A stretch of DNA of 64,000 bases. Origin: Armatimonadota bacterium. Lineage in GTDB: Bacteria > Armatimonadota > Fimbriimonadia > Fimbriimonadales > GBS-DC. Numbering within the stretch: position 1 is the stretch's first letter; the number at the start of each line of letters is the position of its first letter. The translations under genes and the position numbers were made by a program. The notes under the pieces were generated by a model. It was not told the DNA's origin. It was given only the letters and a program-made list of their open reading frames with translations, and did not search any database. Below are positions 63,164 to 64,000 of the stretch, one piece after another. The stretch is taken from contig JAIMAN010000002.1 in the NCBI GenBank assembly GCA_023511915.1, positions 13,488 through 77,487 on the forward strand, read 5' to 3'.

Positions 63164-64000
63164 TCAATAGTCCACAGGACGCAGGTAATACTCACCGATG
63201 GCGGTGGTGGAGAGCATCGCGACGGTCGGCAGGTGGCGTTTCCAGTGCGTGCTGTCCACCTTGTTTTTGACCAGCCACACATCATCGGCGGGGAAGCCCA
63301 TCTCGATCAAGCGTTCGGGCGCGTAGCCCTGCGTGACGTAGTGCAGGATACGGTCAGCGCGCTGATAGGAGATACCGAAGTCGCCCTCGTCGGTTTGCCC
63401 GACGATGAGGTCAGCGGACGCGGGCTTTTGCACGATAACTTCGGGCACACCCAAGTAGCGCGCCAGTTGCCACACTTGGGTCTTGAACAGGTCGCCGATG
63501 GGGTTCACGGGCGGCGAGTCGTCGGCGTGCCAAGTGAAGTAGCCAAACAGTCGCTCGCTTTTGTTGCCTGTGCCGATGGGCAGTGCGCCCAGCTTCGCCG
63601 ACTGGTCAAACAAGATAATCATCCGCATGCGGGCGCAGATGTTGCCGATGCGCGTTGGGCTGGCGTCAGGCTCGAACGCCTCCAGATAGGCGTCCACCAT
63701 CGGCGTGATCTCGATCACGCGATGGTGGATGCCCAACTCGCGCACGACCAGCATCCCGTGGTCCAGCGACTCGGGGCTGCTGGTCTTGTAAGGCATCAGG
63801 AAGGCGTACACATTTTCGGGACCGAACGCCCGTGCGCACAGGTAGGCGACGACCGAGGAGTCCACGCCGCCTGACAGTCCCAGCAGCGCTTTGGTGAAGC
63901 CGCGCCGCCGTTGCACCTCGTCGCGCAGAAACTCCATCAGCCACTCGGCGACCAGCGGCGCGTTGATGCGCAGCGGCTCGTCCGAGTTCGGGTCATAAAT
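63164..64000 (-). CDS. nadE: NAD+ synthetase (synthetase domain only), 5' end runs off the window
   Basis: PP-loop GLSGGVDSSVVA. The frame stays open upstream of the ATG at 63937 to the window edge (…EPLRINAPLVAEWLMEFLRDEV). Confidence 0.85.
   Translation of the reverse strand: MYDPNSDEPLRINAPLVAEWLMEFLRDEVQRRRGFTKALLGLSGGVDSSVVAYLCARAFGPENVYAFLMPYKTSSPESLDHGMLVVRELGIHHRVIEITPMVDAYLEAFEPDASPTRIGNICARMRMIILFDQSAKLGALPIGTGNKSERLFGYFTWHADDSPPVNPIGDLFKTQVWQLARYLGVPEVIVQKPASADLIVGQTDEGDFGISYQRADRILHYVTQGYAPERLIEMGFPADDVWLVKNKVDSTHWKRHLPTVAMLSTTAIGEYYLRPVDY

Overview
GC-rich, very gene-dense bacterial chromosomal window with about 60 protein genes and one tRNA-Leu(CAA). I saw no rRNA, CRISPR array, transposase or integrase. 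Most of it is housekeeping: accA/accD, tyrA, hisD-hisB-hisH, purA, argS, rpsA, coaE, nagA, mutS2, pdaD, a split nadE, a FadN-type fatty-acid oxidation enzyme and an ECF sigma/anti-sigma/RseB-like operon. Envelope and surface genes are interleaved. They include a DUF1559 prepilin-like protein, a dockerin-repeat protein, a PEP-CTERM protein, a HAF-repeat protein and a GT9 heptosyltransferase. There is also an isolated fliM-fliN/Y-fliO-fliP block. This combination suggests a diderm of the Armatimonadota/Planctomycetota type, but that lineage call is inference only. The items most worth a second look are these. (1) A translationally coupled pair at 4518-5158: a 61-aa protein ending in GG-Y plus a strikingly eukaryote-like E2/UBC protein, with no E1, JAB or RING nearby. 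(2) A 15.7-kb same-strand locus (45991-61682) of six exported proteins. Three of them share a C-terminal module of about 340-440 aa ending in an FlgD-Ig-like domain. (3) A GC-rich palindromic repeat family with three copies just 5' of envelope genes, plus a hairpin array lying in frame between fliO and fliP. (4) A recurrent GGTAYAMT -10 box placed 7-9 nt from start codons, which suggests leaderless mRNAs. (5) Two tandem membrane proteins carrying three FHA domains with no kinase or phosphatase nearby. (6) An MNT antitoxin followed by a 12-codon stump of its HEPN toxin. Many long antisense or off-frame ORFs in the track are high-GC artefacts and were rejected. All family assignments rest on motifs read by eye; no searches were run.
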